Positions 1 to 12,810 of a stretch of DNA of 45,889 bases are shown one piece after another. The notes under the pieces are model-generated. The model saw nothing but the letters and a program-made list of their open reading frames with translations. It did no database searches and was not told the origin of the DNA. The position numbers and the translations under genes were made by a program. Source of the DNA: Klebsormidium nitens (taxonomy: Eukaryota; Plantae; Klebsormidiophyceae); contig DF237615.1 in NCBI GenBank assembly GCA_000708835.1, forward strand, positions 1 to 45,889. The letters run 5' to 3'. How positions within the stretch are numbered: the first letter of the stretch is position 1; each line of letters starts with the position of its first letter.

Positions 1-239
1 AAAATCCTGCTAGAACCCCTGGAGCAGACCAAGAACCTTCACTCTCCGGATTTTCCTTCACCTCATCGATGCAGAAACTCATACCTACTTTGATGTTGGT
101 ACCGGCTTGGTTAAGAAAGGGACTCTGGGCAAGTCCAATGCTTTGCAGCGCGATGCACCTTCCGTGGCCTTTGCCGCCAAATGAAAGATCAATTGATGAC
201 ATGCTAGTGCCAGAGATTATAGTACACTCACTGTAAACC

Positions 240-3200
240 ATGGAAGGCGCTCTTGTCTGCCTTTCTGAGAAGCCCCGTCTTACTTTCTGGTCCTCCCTCT
301 GCTGTGGGAGCAGTCAATTAGCCTCCCATTCCGATCAGGCCTTCGACGAACCTTTGTCATCTTCATCACAATCTCCCTTGGTGGAGCTATCTGGCCAGGA
401 AAGCAGAAATGGGCATGCAGGCTCCAAGGTTGAGCAAGAAGAAATCAAGCATGCACTGCTTAGGGAGGATGGTAGTGATGCTGCTGAGGCAGCATTTGAG
501 CACAAGCTGCTGGTAGGCAGCCGAGAGGAGCTGACCAGGCTTGTCCGGGAAAGGGGCCCTGCGTGCTGCATTCTCTGGGTGCAGGGCAATGCTCAGAAGC
601 ATGCACGAAGAACCAGGCAAAAGGAGGTACGTGAACCGTAACCCTAATCTGGCTGAAGTCAAGGGCTGAGCTAGCCGGTGCGAGCTTGATAGACACTTAT
701 TGCGAAGCGCAACAAGCTTGTTCTAGTCCGTGATTTTGAGCTCGGCCCTGCTGGTATTATTAGCTGACCTAATGATTGTTCCTTTAGGAGGGGCCTTTTG
801 ACTGAGGATTGGCAGTCTCGTTGTACTTGATGACCTCATTCAGCTCAACCTCACTCTCACTTGAAATTCGAGCACGATTCTACCAGTTTAAGGGCAAGTG
901 TCTCAGCTGAAATGCAATGCATCGCTTCTGCATACCTGGAAATGCTCGCCCACTTCGACCGCATGTTTTGTGGCCCTTGGTGGCTTGGAAAAATGCTAGA
1001 AGGAACAAGACAAACTCGAGACCTTTCTTTCGTCTTCCGGCAATAGCCTTGTCTTTCTTTCCACCTGACTCTCATCGTTTTGCTGCAGACTGCCTGGAGT
1101 TGGAAGTGGCGCAGGAGGTCCTCCAAGGTGGCCATTGAGCCAGGCTACAAAGTTGGACCTGCCTCGGACGAATCCGGACGAGCTGCGGACGATTCCGCAA
1201 TAGAAGTGGGAAGCAGTGCATCTGAAGAAGGGCAGGTCTGGGTCTCGTACAGACTGCGGTCTGATGAGGTGTACCATAGACCAGTCTTCAGCGGCATCAA
1301 GGCCAGGGTTTTGGAGGAACATGACACAGGGGTGATCGGAAGCAATCATAGCACAACAGAGGCCGCGTCGAGTCATGGCTTTCCAAGCCCGGACAAGAGC
1401 GGCGAGCTCCGTACGATTGGCGGGCATTCTAGTTCCAAGGGAGCTGACCTTACGCGCAAAAGGCGCGTGGGAGTGTGTGGGGAAGAAGCATACGAGCGAT
1501 TACGAACCGCTTTGACGCCAGGGGGGTTTGTGGACCAGCTGCATGGGGTTCTCGCTAACCTGGTTCTCAACCCAGCTTTTTTGGAGACTGATGCGGGCCA
1601 CCTGGATTTGGGGGACGGCGCTTGGGAGGGTGTCGTGTTTGACGGGGAGTGCATTCACACCCTTCCAGTTGGCAGGGGTGGCCAAGAGGTTCAGATCGAC
1701 TGGAAAGAAGGGAAGGTGTTGGCAGATGGTGAGCGGAAAAGACAAAAGGCTGGCCGGGATTCAAATCTGGTTCCGGGGTCCTTGCCGGTTGGGGGAGGGC
1801 GTGACCGGCGACCTCCGGATAAGAACCAGGTTACGGACCAGGTCGGTCAGAACCAGAGTCAGGACCAGGCGAAAGCTGGCAGAAATTCTGGATCTGGGGT
1901 AGCGAGCTCCCTGGCAATTGAGTCCCTGGCGGCGCTGAGAGTCGCATGCGCCTCCACCCCAAAAGAGCGCTGCGCGCTGTCGCAGCTCGCTAGCCACATT
2001 CCTGCCCTCAAGGCACGGGGAATTATCACCATGCTGGAGGCGGTGAGAGAGGACGAGGCACTGCTGGGGGGGGTGACGGGTCCCCTGAATAGTGAGGGGG
2101 ATGGCGGAAGCGTGCGAAACAAGAGGAGAGCAGCGGAAGGTCGGGAGCCTGGGGGATTCTGCTCGAACGGGGGTGCGGTGAGAGGAATAACAGCGGGCGA
2201 AAAGCGGGAAGGGGAAGTTTCGGAAGCCTCAGAATTTCAAGAGCCGGTGGGGGCAGAACATTCGGAAGGAAGCTCAGCCGGGAAGAAGTCGAGCTCTGGG
2301 ATCAGCTCGGAACGTCCAATGGCGCCACCGGTTGCGAGCTCGGAACGGAGCGCAAAGCAATTCCGGACGCGCGCGGATCGAAAAGGGGCGGCGGCGCGCG
2401 CGCTCAATGCGGCAATGCGGGAGCGGGTGTCGGTCAGTCTGCTGAAGCGCGCAGCATGGGTGGATCAAGGGGTTTTGGCGGCGCTAGCGGGGGCGGTGTT
2501 TGACGGGGAGCTATTTCAGAGGCTGTGCCAGGAGCGGGCTCTTTTGGCGGAAGTCACGGGTGGCGGGGGGGTGGACTCAAGGTCTGCCAGGAGTCGAAGG
2601 GAAGGGGGGGTGAGAGGAGAGCGACGGAGCGGGGCGGAGACTGCACGGACAGCAGTGGTCGTGGATGAAGTGAGCGTTCATTGGTTTCATTCCTCTGCCT
2701 CAAACTGCCCACTTGCTTAAGTTTCTTGTCAAGATTGATAGCAGGCCTTTCTTTTCCTGGTAAAGAACCTGGGAGGGCAAGAGCGACGGCTTCCTAGGAT
2801 TGTCAGAGCCCGTTGAGCTACGCAATAGGGACCCATTACATTGGCGTAGGGGTCCGAATCAAAGTTACCGAACTCTCTCAGATGCTGCAACAGGTTCAAT
2901 GCTCGATACAAATCTCTGGGCGACCTGGAAGACCGCGCACTCTCAAATCCTCACGATTGAAGAGCTTTTCTTCTGCGTTGTTTGAGAATGGAACGGTTAC
3001 TCGTCATCATATCAGAAGCACAAGTAGGGACAGCCTTCTCCCAACATCATCAATCATACGAGATACTTGAGTGCTCCACCTCATATCTTATGCCCCTCGC
3101 ATTTCGTATGCCAGGAGGACGAGGCGCGTTTGGTCGAGTACGTGGCGGCTCGTTGCTGCTGGCTCGTGGAAGCGTCCGCAGGCAAGGCGACCCGCCTCCT

Positions 3201-6200
3201 CGGACGGCTCGTCGCGTCCAAACTCGAAGAGCTGACGTCGATGCTGACGTCGCGCACGGGTCAAGAAGGTAAGGAACGCGTTGGCGTGGCAAGCTTGCTT
3301 TGTGGCGACTGTACAGGCCTTCAAAGGGAGGTGATCTCGCCAGATCGACCCATGGGCCATTTGCGCTGACTCTTGGGGAGTTAGTAAAAGCGCTCTGGGG
3401 TTCGAAAACATGGTGAACGCAGTTCTTGAAGGGCCTCATGCTGACGAGCTGGAAAAATGAAACTCCGTGACCGTATTTGCTTCCAAGTAGTTTCGGATAA
3501 CGGCTCCAGCATCCATATCCAACGCCTCTTCCAATATTCTCCACCTTCTGCGCCGATTGTAGGCCTTGTATCTGGAACAAATGGAATTCTAACGGAGAAA
3601 TAAAGGCTGCATCTTAACCCAAATGCAATCTGAATTGTTGACAAGAAGGTACTTTTTAGTGTGGAAAAACATGCTTTTCTGTTGTACTGACACGGTTCTC
3701 GACTCTCTGCAGAGCTCTCGGGCCCCGTCCGCCGCGTCGTCAGCTTCCTCTGCGCCCTCCAGCGCGCGTCTCCGTGGACAACAAGGCCTCTCATCCAAGC
3801 CGGAGCCGTGCCCGCCCTTTTTGGTCTGTACGGACAGCTCTCCGCGGGCGCTTTCGGACCGTCCGGCATTCACGTCACGTCCGACCGTCCGAGAGAGGGC
3901 CCCGACGGCTCCCTATTGCCTGGCTCGGTGAATCGTACCGGGCCAAACAGAGCGGGAAAGCTGGGCAGAAATCTGCGGTCGGGGGGCCAAACTGGCGGCC
4001 ATCGGGATGAAGCCCGGCGTTCGGACGTCAACGGAAACGGTGCGGAATTTCGGACGGTCGGAAGCAAAAGCGTCGAACGGGAAAGCTTGAGAAACAAGGT
4101 CCTGAGCGCGTTGCTGTGTTTGCTGACACGTGGCACGCCGCGGTTGGCGCTGGAGGAGGGGGCGGTGGCGGGCTGGATGCGGGCGTTAGTGGACGGAATG
4201 GTTGGTTCCGTTCTCGCAGCGGAAGAGGGGAGCCGCGGAGAGGCGGCCGGAGCGCGGCGGGAGCGAAGCGAACAGATTGAAGGAACGCATCGAAGCGCGG
4301 CACAGGACGTTATTGTCTGCACCGATTCGACGATGAAAATCGTGAAGCGGCTAGACGAGCTCGGGGCGGCCGCTTCTGAGGCTCTTTGGAAAGAGATGAA
4401 CGGGCGCTTAGCAGCCGGCTTGGGGCTGTTCACACTTGAGGCAGACGGTCTGGGGAAGCTGCCCGAAAGGAGCAGTGGGAAAAGCCGGGCAGGGGCGGAA
4501 AAGCAGACGGAATCTAGCAAGGAAACGGCTGAAGTGAAAGCGGAAAGATCCGAGAACGGGGACGCTAGTCGGGGGCAGGTTTGCAAGGAGGAGACGAGGG
4601 AAGCTATTGAGGTTGCGCGGGGCGGAAAAGAGCTGAGGGCCCTTTTCCGAGTTCTCCGGGAGCTGTTACATGGGTCCGGTGGCCACAGATTAGCAGTTGA
4701 GATAGTGGGGCGTTGTGGAGAGAGTCTACTCGCGGGGGGTCGCTTCCTGGCGGAAATTGTAAACGCGCCGGGCAGCACGGAGCGTCCGAATGTCGCTGCA
4801 GACCGTCCGGCGATCATTCCAGACCGTCCGGTGACACCATCGGACCGTCCGGCGGTCGCTCTGGACCGTTTGACGACGTCCTCCGACCGTGTGAAGGCTG
4901 CTCCAGAGTTCTTCTCCAAACAATCGGATCGCCCAACAAGCGGAGCTGAAATGGAAATTGCGGCTGCGTCTTCTGAAGTGCCAGATTGCGCATTTGCATT
5001 CCCGCTGGCGTCGCAGCTCGTGATCCCGTACGTCGACCTTCTCGCCGCCGTCATGGGTTTGATCCCTAAGCGGCCCCGGTTAGAAGCCCCGGCCGCGTGT
5101 GAGCCGCTCAGGAGCAGGGCAGAGTGCCCGGTAGAGCTAGCTGCGCTTACCGAAAAGAGCTCTGGTGGGTTGGAAGGGGAAAAGTCACCCACTGTGACGA
5201 GTAGGGAAAAAGCTTCGGATACTGGAAAAGCCGAGTTGAACGAAGAGGGCTCTGGAGAGTTAAGAGGGGAAGAAACAGCCACCGTATCGAGTGCGGGAGG
5301 CGCGTCGGAAAGCGGAACTGCGGAAGAGCGGAACGGCGCCGATGTGCTGTCTGGGTTTCTGCTCGAGGCTCTCGGAGGGGCCAATCTTGGCGGGGGTGGA
5401 GAGCTGGGTGCTTCGTCAGGGGGCGATGCACCAGCCAAAGTGGCCGGGAAAGGATTCCCTGGAACCTCCAAGCAACCACGCTCGGTTGCTTGCCTGGTGC
5501 CGTTTGCCGTGGACTGCCTGACCGGAACGAGGAACGGAACTGAGACTGAAGCGGAACGGAGCAGAGGAGATCCAGACACGGTGCAAAAGGCTGCGGACAT
5601 CGTCGGGAGCGTCCGGCGGTTTCTAGAGCAATCGGTGGAGGAAACTCAGGGCGGCAGAGGAGGGTGGATATGGGCGGTGTTACTGCCCTGGTTGGATCCC
5701 GAAGGAGGAGCCGCCCTCAGAATCCTGCGACGGGATGCGAACGACGTTTTGCAGAAAGAGGTTCTCTTGTTGGTGGAGTTTGCCTTCAGCTTGGGGGCCG
5801 TTTCTAAAGCCGATGATCCAGAACAAGCCGCTCGGGGCTTTTTAGTTCCGGCGGAAGGCAGCCCGGTTTTAATAAATGGCCCCCCCAACCCCTTCCACGT
5901 TCCTCTTTTCACCGACGCCTTCCTGGAGCACCACGTGGCCGCCGCTCTGCGACTGCTGACGTCACCCCAATCGGACGCTGCCACGTGTCCCAGTCCACCC
6001 GGGCTGGCTTCCCGGTGCCAGATGACGTCAGCGGAGCTTTGCGCGCTGCACTTGCGGGTGGTGACGGCTATTGCCCGGGGAAAATTACCGGGCGCTGTTT
6101 CGAAGCTGTATCAGCTCGGCGTGATGGGTCGGTTGGTGGAGCAGATTGGCCTGGAGCACGAGTCGACTCTGGTCGCCCTGCCGTCGCCCCTTTCAGGGCT

Positions 6201-9200
6201 GAAAAGAAGCGCGATTAGCCTGAAATTGGGCGACGGTCTGGCAAGCAGGGGACAAAACGGGGAATTGAACATCTCGTTGGACAAACCGAAAGCGGGTGCA
6301 GTCTTGGAGGAGGGGGGAGAAGAGGGATTGGCAGAGAAACTCAAGCACGACTTGGAGAGCGAAAAAGGGGGCGACCAAAGAAAGGAAGAGAGGGTGGATA
6401 TAGCGAAGTATTCCGCCAGGAGCGTAACGGATGCTAGGGCGTCCGGGGGAAACGTTACACCAGTGGTGCCGCGACTCCGTCTCGGCACGCTTCAGTCTCC
6501 AACGACAGGTGTCAAGCCGTTGAGTCCCATCAAGGCGACAGCTGGCAAGTCGGCCCGCCTCGCGAGCCCCGGAAAAGCTCGCGCCTCTAGTTCCCGGAGG
6601 GGTTCCCTCGGCGACAAGGAGAACGTCGCTGTGGACGGCACTAGAGCGGTGGGAGAAAACGGCGGCGGCTCGGGAACGAGAGCGGGCGTAAAACTGCCAA
6701 AGCTGGCCCTTTCAAAGCTGCCGGCAAATGGCGACGGGGGCGGTGCGAAGTCTCCTATCCGGGGGGTTCTCAGCCCGGGCGATTCGGGGGGGGTGCAGAT
6801 GAGCGCGTGGAGCAGCCGGCTGTACGCCAAGGACCCAAGCCGGAAGCACCTCCTGAGCCCGGTTCCGGCTATCCCAGAGCGGAACTCAGCGGAGTCCGTT
6901 CTCGCGACCGGAAAAGCCATATCTGCTCGAGGGGCTCGCAGCCGGAGGGAGCCGTTGCCGAGAAGTCTGACGGCCAGGGTTTCGCTTCCTTCGCAAGAAG
7001 CCGTATTAACACCGCTGTCCGCTCGTAAGCCGGGCGCGGGATCGGTGAGCTCTCGAAAGGACACGTGGCACGATCTGAACGACGAGGTGGAGCGCCAGAT
7101 GGGCGTATCGGACCCCTCGAGCGATTCCGACGCGTCCGACGGAACCTGTTCGGACTCAGAGCCCGAGGGAGATCCCCCGCTGGCCGTCGTGCCTCTGCGC
7201 CACAGTGACGTCGTCCGGCTCGAGAACGACGTCGCGCATGACGTCATTGGGGACAAGATTCGGTCCACGATGAGCCTCGAGAGCAGCTGCAGCAACGTGT
7301 GGGACGACGACGACAAGGAGAGCTCGTGGGAGAGCCGTTCGATGGGCAGCGCGCGGATCGCAGCCGTCGGATTGGGCGGCGCGCAAATGACGGCCGTCGC
7401 ATCGGCGCCCGCGAAACGATCCGAGCCGTTCATGGCGCGAGTGGAGCGGGAAGCGTTAGCCGGGGCTTTGAACGCCTCTGCCTTTGCGGGCGAAGAGGGT
7501 CGGACTTTTGGGTTAGGAAAGCTGGGAACTGAGGCCGGTGTAAAACCTGTCAGGATTGAAAACTTGGGGGCTGTGGAGGGCGTAAAGGCTCTGGGGTTGG
7601 GAAAGGAGGAAGATCCGGTTGGTGTGAAAACCCTCAACGCGCGGCCCGTCCCCCGCTTGAAGCTCCCGCTCGCGGCGCGGAAGGACCAGACACACAAGGA
7701 CCCGCACCACGCCGCGCCAGCGGGCGGTTGGGTCAGCGTAACCAAACCCGTGACCGAGGTCGCTAACCCGCCTCTAAACGGCGCCCCTGTTTCTGAAATT
7801 GGCGGCCGTTCCGAAAGCGGATTCGGTCCCGTCCAGTCTGAAGTTAAGCCGACCTCTCTAAAAGGTTTATCAGGGCCCATCGACAAGGTGCCGAAGCTGT
7901 CCCTGCCAACGCGGGACGGACACGTGTCAGCAGGAGAGAGGCCGGAAGAACGCGGCTCGGGAGATGGGCGGTCGGTCCGCGAGGCGAAAAGGATTGCCGC
8001 GCACTACGAGGCGCGGCGCGCGGGGCGGATGCTGTACCGCGAGGAGGGGCTCCACGTGGCGGTCCTGGAGCTGATACTGTGCATGATGACGTCAGCGGAG
8101 TGAGTGCGCGCGCGAATTGGTGAAAGGTCCACGTGTCTGTTTCAAGCGGAGGCTGCGCTGCGGATGATGTAGTGCATCTGGGATTGTCTCAACGTTTTGA
8201 CGCTCAGAGTTTCTAACGGAGTATGCGTTTGACTTCTCGCATCTCACAGATGAGCTTTGAGTAACAGACAAGCTGTGAATGACAGGATCAAATTGCTCCC
8301 TCTAGTGCCCCTACAGAAATAATCACGCAAACAATTTCGCCTATAACTTCGAACCAATATCAACGATTAGAAGAAAGAACGGATTGCCGGACAAACGAAG
8401 ACCCATCTGATGGCCTCTTTTGGGTCAGCGCACAAGAGCGACAGAAGGACACAGACCACACTCCAGAACTGACCAACTCATCGCTTAAATCGCTTAATTC
8501 AGGGGCGACCTCGAACCGCTGTACTCCGACAACCTGCCGACTGCCAACCGCCGCCTCAACGCCCCCTTCTTCCTCTTCCACCACCTGAACCACCCGGCGA
8601 ACGCGCAAGCCCTCCAAACCCTGTGCGCGCGCGCGCGTGCCCTGGGCGCGCCCGCCGAGCGCATCCTGCGCCTCACGTGCCAGCGCCTTTTCACACCGGG
8701 GGCGTTTCCCACCGAGGGCCGGCAGCGGATCGCGGAAGGGGCGTCGGCGCACGTGGTGCGCTGCCGGGCGCCGGCTTATATACGGAGGACGCCGGGTTAT
8801 GGGGCAGGGCGGGCGTCTGGGGAGCTTAACCCGGCTTTAGAAAACGGGTTAGAGGAGCCTGTATGGGTTGCGCTGAAGATGGTTAACGTGCCGGGGAGTG
8901 TTCACGACCCGTGCGTCTTCCACGACCTCTACTCCGAGGTGAGCTTATTTAGACTCCCTTTCTTGCAAGGGGTCCGAAGCTCTTCTGGCGACTTTGGTGG
9001 GTTCAATAAGGGGACAAGTTCGTTTTGCGGCCGCTGACCGAGGGTCTTTGCTTGTTGGAGCTGCGGATTTGATACCTTAAGCTGGCAAATGTGACAGTTG
9101 AAGTGACTGAATTGGAAAATGGTAGAGACATTCTGGGGCCCGTAGTGAAGCGGAAACCGAATGAGGGGAGATTTCGTGGCGGCTCCCTGGGGAATCTCAT

Positions 9201-11673
9201 ACAGTCCTAAAGTCAGCTCTGCCTGCATATTCTGCCTGCTCTTTCTTCCCCTTGGAAGGAAGGTTCAAAGCGTGGATTCCAGCACAAAGCCCTGAAATAG
9301 ACTTCTCTGTCCTGTTTCCCGACTGCTTTTAATCTCATCCACCTTGAAACCTCAATCCGTTTCCTGCAAGGCGACCCACTTGCTCTCTCGCCACTTCCCA
9401 GGTCGCCATCCTCGAGAAGCTGAAGGGGGATCCCTCCGCCTGCCAGCTGTACGACTACGGCGTCGACGAGAACTGCTACTACCTCGTCCTGAAGCACTAC
9501 CCGTGTAGCCTAAAGGAATGGCGCCTCAGGCGTGAATTCAGGCCCGCCGCAAAATCCTCTAGAGGTTCAGCGGAACCCTCTAGCGGTGCCGCCGGCCAAG
9601 GAACCTCTAGCGGTTCGGCGGAACCGTTTAGAGGTTCCCACGGGCGGCAGGAGCTGGGGCTCTACTTAGAGGTTTTCGCGGCGGTTCTAGAGGCGGCGAG
9701 TAACGTGGCGGAGAAAGGGATCATCCACTTCGACCTCAAGTGCGACAACGTTCTGCTGGAGCCGTTGCCGGGGGTCTCGGAAGAGCGATTCTGGGGCCCC
9801 CCCCTAAGTTGCGGCAGCTCAGCCGTCGATTCTTCACTCATTGAGGCTACAGCCGTTGATTTCGCGACTGATCCGTCCTCAGCCGTACAGACAGCAGAGA
9901 ACCGCGAATTAGAAATGAACCCGGTTCAGTCCAAGCAGGGAAACCCCTCCAAGGCACCCGTTTTAGAACCGGCCCCCCGATCCCGATCTGTACATAAGTT
10001 CCTCCGAAGGCTCTCTTCTAAACCGTCCAACCGGGCCCTTCAAACGGCAGTCCAAAGTCAGGTGCTGAATCCAGTTTCAGAAATCCTCCCTTTGAGTCAC
10101 CCAGCAATCCCGGTTAGCGACGGGGTTAAGCCGCGGGGTTACGCCCTGCCCTTCCGAGTCGTTCTGGCGGACTTTGGGCAGAGCAAGATCTGCCGTCAGT
10201 CTGACGTCAGCGGGGGCGTCACCGTCCGCAATCGTGGCACGGAGTTTGTGAAGAGTCCTGAGATGCTCACGGTGTTCCACGCGGCGCGGGCCTCCGAAGC
10301 GGGGGGACCGAAGAAAGTGAGTGTCTTTTCTCTTTCTTTTTTTTCTTTCTTTTTTTTTGTTTCTTTTTATCAAAGTCATCTGGCCGTAAGCAACTCGTCA
10401 TGGAGGAGGCTGCTGACTGGCATACGCGGTAAAGCGATGGAGAAGGAGGCGAGTGTCGATGTGCTAGATCCAGGATTGATGCGGTGAAAGCCGTTATGAA
10501 AGTGCGAGAAAGAGATTTCGAGATCGACGAGGAGTGTGTAAGAAGCTTGGAGCCACAACATTTACAGGGGGAGAGAAGAGATAAAACATCACTACCAGGT
10601 CTTGAACATTTTGTACACTCCGAGGAAGATCTGATTTGATGTTCTTGTGTTTATGATCTGGTTTTCAAGGATTAACGCAAGTCGTTATCGATGTTAACCC
10701 CGTTTTCTCCCTGTCTCCGCAGCTGGGCGCGGGCAAAGAGAGCGACGTGTAGTCGCTGGGCTGCCTTCTAAGTTGACGCCTCGTGAACGTAACCACGGAC
10801 GTAACCAATGGGCACGTTTGGGATCGATCAAAACCGGATCCAACTACTGACGGTCTTGCTTACCTGTTTCTACAGCTGGCCGCCGGCAAAGAAAGCGACA
10901 TCTCGCCTCTCATCGCCACGCTTTGAAAGCTGGTTTCAATGAGAACCAAAGCGGTTATTGAAGCTAACCCGGTTTTTGCATGTTGTCACAGCTGGGCGCG
11001 GGCAGAGAGAGCGACGTGTGGTCGCTGGGCTGTTTGCTGTACGACAGAGGTGACGTCTCGTCAACCTAACCACCCACATAACTGACGGGCACCTTTTGGA
11101 TCGAACTAATCTGAAACCAACTACTGACGGTTTTGCTTATTTGTCTCTGCAGTTGGGTGCCGGCAAAGAGAGCGACGTGTGGTCGCTGGGCTGCTTGCTG
11201 TACGAGTTGCTCGTGGGCGATTTCCTCTTCTACGACGAGGACTGGGTGCGCTTCTTCATCCGGGTTACGTCCGCTAACCAGGTGGGTTATCTTTCCCCTC
11301 CGCCTTCTCCTTCTTTCGTCCGGTTCATCCTCGATCTAAAAATAGCCCAGTCTTTGGGCATCATCCACTTTTGTTTCTTTTGAACGTTGCTCGCGTGCAA
11401 TCCTTTGCGCTCTTAGCCGCTATTCAATACGTGCAGGACTTGCTCACGAGCAGATCTGCTGAAGACTTAGCCGCTCCTATGTCCGCTTCATCAAAACGAC
11501 ATTGACCTTTGCAGGAGCTCATCTCGTCAGAGAAGGCTGCGAAGCTCGGCAACGATCCGGCGATCCTGGATTTTCTCCGGTTCGCACTGGTGCAAGACCC
11601 GTCGAAACGCCCTTCCCTTGCGCAACTCGTATCCAGATTCGACGGCGTCCGTGCCGCACACAAGGCACGGTAG
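240..11673 (+). CDS. Very large multi-exon Ser/Thr protein kinase with a C-terminal non-RD kinase domain. Proposed exons: 240-626 (uncertain), 1089-2669, 3115-3268, 3713-8099, 8503-8938, 9402-10316, 11153-11281, 11515-11673; about 2,715 aa if the first exon is right.
   Basis: All junctions are GT-AG and phase-consistent. The spliced translation gives kinase subdomains in order: RIAEGASAHV (Gly-loop variant), VALKM, DLYSE, IIHFDLKCDNVLL, LADFG, RGTEFVKSPEML, SDVWSLGCLLYELLVGDFLF, DPSKRPS. Stop TAG is at 11671-11673. The join of 240-626 to 1089 is in phase but has no homology support. Confidence 0.85.
4780..4935 (+). repeat. In-frame 21-bp-period coding minisatellite (core GACCGTCCG) encoding (D/E)RP heptapeptide repeats
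   Basis: Cores start at 4780, 4801, 4822, 4843, 4864, 4885 and 4927 (spacing 21 bp, or 42 for the last). Translation: ERPNVAADRPAIIPDRPVTPSDRPAVALDRLTTSSDRV. Confidence 0.85.
9556..9638 (+). repeat. Near-palindromic coding repeat (GAACCTCTAG[A/C]GGTTC-like) inserted in the kinase domain
   Basis: CCTCTAG at 9556, 9577 and 9604, and degenerate CGTTTAG at 9625. It encodes SSRGSAEPSSGAAGQGTSSGSAEPFRGS between the hinge region and the catalytic loop. Confidence 0.75.
10690..11152 (+). repeat. Three decayed intronic copies of the 3' splice site plus the start of kinase exon 11153-11281
   Basis: CAG followed by CTGGGCGCGGGCAAAGAGAGCGACGTG-like sequence at 10723, 10876 and 10992; the functional copy is at 11153. 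Copy 1 has TGG changed to TAG. Upstream intron blocks are also duplicated (CAACTACTGACGG near 10841 and 11118). Confidence 0.9.
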
Positions 11674-12537
11674 AGCTGAGCTCGAACGAAACGGGGTGGA
11701 GTTGCCGTGCTGGTAGTAAACTTGGAGACCGGTTTGTACAGTAGTGTAAATCACATTGTAAGAGACGGTCGGTTGAGTAACTGGTTATGAGCAAGGTCTT
11801 AGTGACCGATGGTGCAAAGGACTTGATAGAAAGTGAGTACAGCACGCAGAAAGGACGGGCCGTAGGTTTGTCAACATGACTGAGCGGCCATGCCGCGATC
11901 ATACTTCGCGCACGAGCCTTGTCGGCTTGTAGTCATGCTAGCTCGTCGGACTCAGACACATGTGCCAACCGGCCTTCAGATGTGCACATGTACTGCCCAA
12001 AGCCGGCTGTTACAATATACTGAGAACCCGAGTTGTAAGTTTTAAGCTGATTTCTACCTTGCCAAGCCACATGCACAGTGTTACCTCGATATCGCCTCGG
12101 CGCGCGCATTAGTGTGATTGTGGGGGGGCGCGCAAGGACACCCCGGGCGCCGGGCCAAGTGAGATATATGCCAAAGAAGATGATACACAGCACTTGAACG
12201 AGTATAATGGTGGGCTGTATGCCGGAATGTGCTGCCAGATACTAGCGGGCGTCATTCGAACCACCTAGATCGCGCGCGTTAAGCAAGAAAAAGAAAGCTG
12301 GACGCAGACTACAGTACGTGCGCGCGCTAATATGGCGATTAAAGGCAAGTCAGTGTCCGTCAACGTACAATACAAACCCGGCCATCTGGAATATAATTGG
12401 GAAATCATTGGGAAATTCATTGCAGTTGCATGATATCGACATGAAGATCGGCCTTTGGATGGTCAAGAGCGCCAAACCAAACATTCCTTCGACTAGACAT
12501 AACAGGCTGGATAACGGACCGCGGCTGGCAATGAAAT

Positions 12538-12575
12538 GCGAATAAGCCTTTCGAAACGCGAATAAGCCTTTCGAA
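12538..12575. repeat. Short direct repeat GCGAATAAGCCTTTCGAA x2 (20-bp period) between the convergent kinase and thiolase genes
   Basis: Exact 18-bp copies at 12538-12555 and 12558-12575. Confidence 0.85.
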
Positions 12576-12810
12576 TGATTAACATAAAACAGGCTCGAGA
12601 ATCGAACAATCTCTACCTATGCTCGTAATTTCAACTTCCTACAATCTAGTCGTTACTTGGGGAGAGAGTTTGTCGACATTTCCTCTCCAATCGTTGTAGT
12701 ACATGCACCTCGTCGTCACGTGAATCGTCAGCGCAAGTGTGCTATCTATCTATAACAAACCCTTTGGTACACCTCAGCTATGCATTGCAGACTCGAAGGC
12801 CAATCTTCGT

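Noticed and set aside
760-1046. Acceptor-like CCTTTAG at 787 and a 61-aa ORF at 861-1046 as an extra kinase exon
   Set aside because: All three frames after 787 hit stops within 14 codons, and no good donor follows the ORF.
3870-7886. Long antisense ORFs (576 aa and 464 aa) opposite the giant kinase exon
   Set aside because: They are shadow frames of GC-rich coding sequence: Ser/Pro/Ala-rich, with no motifs and no supporting splice structure.
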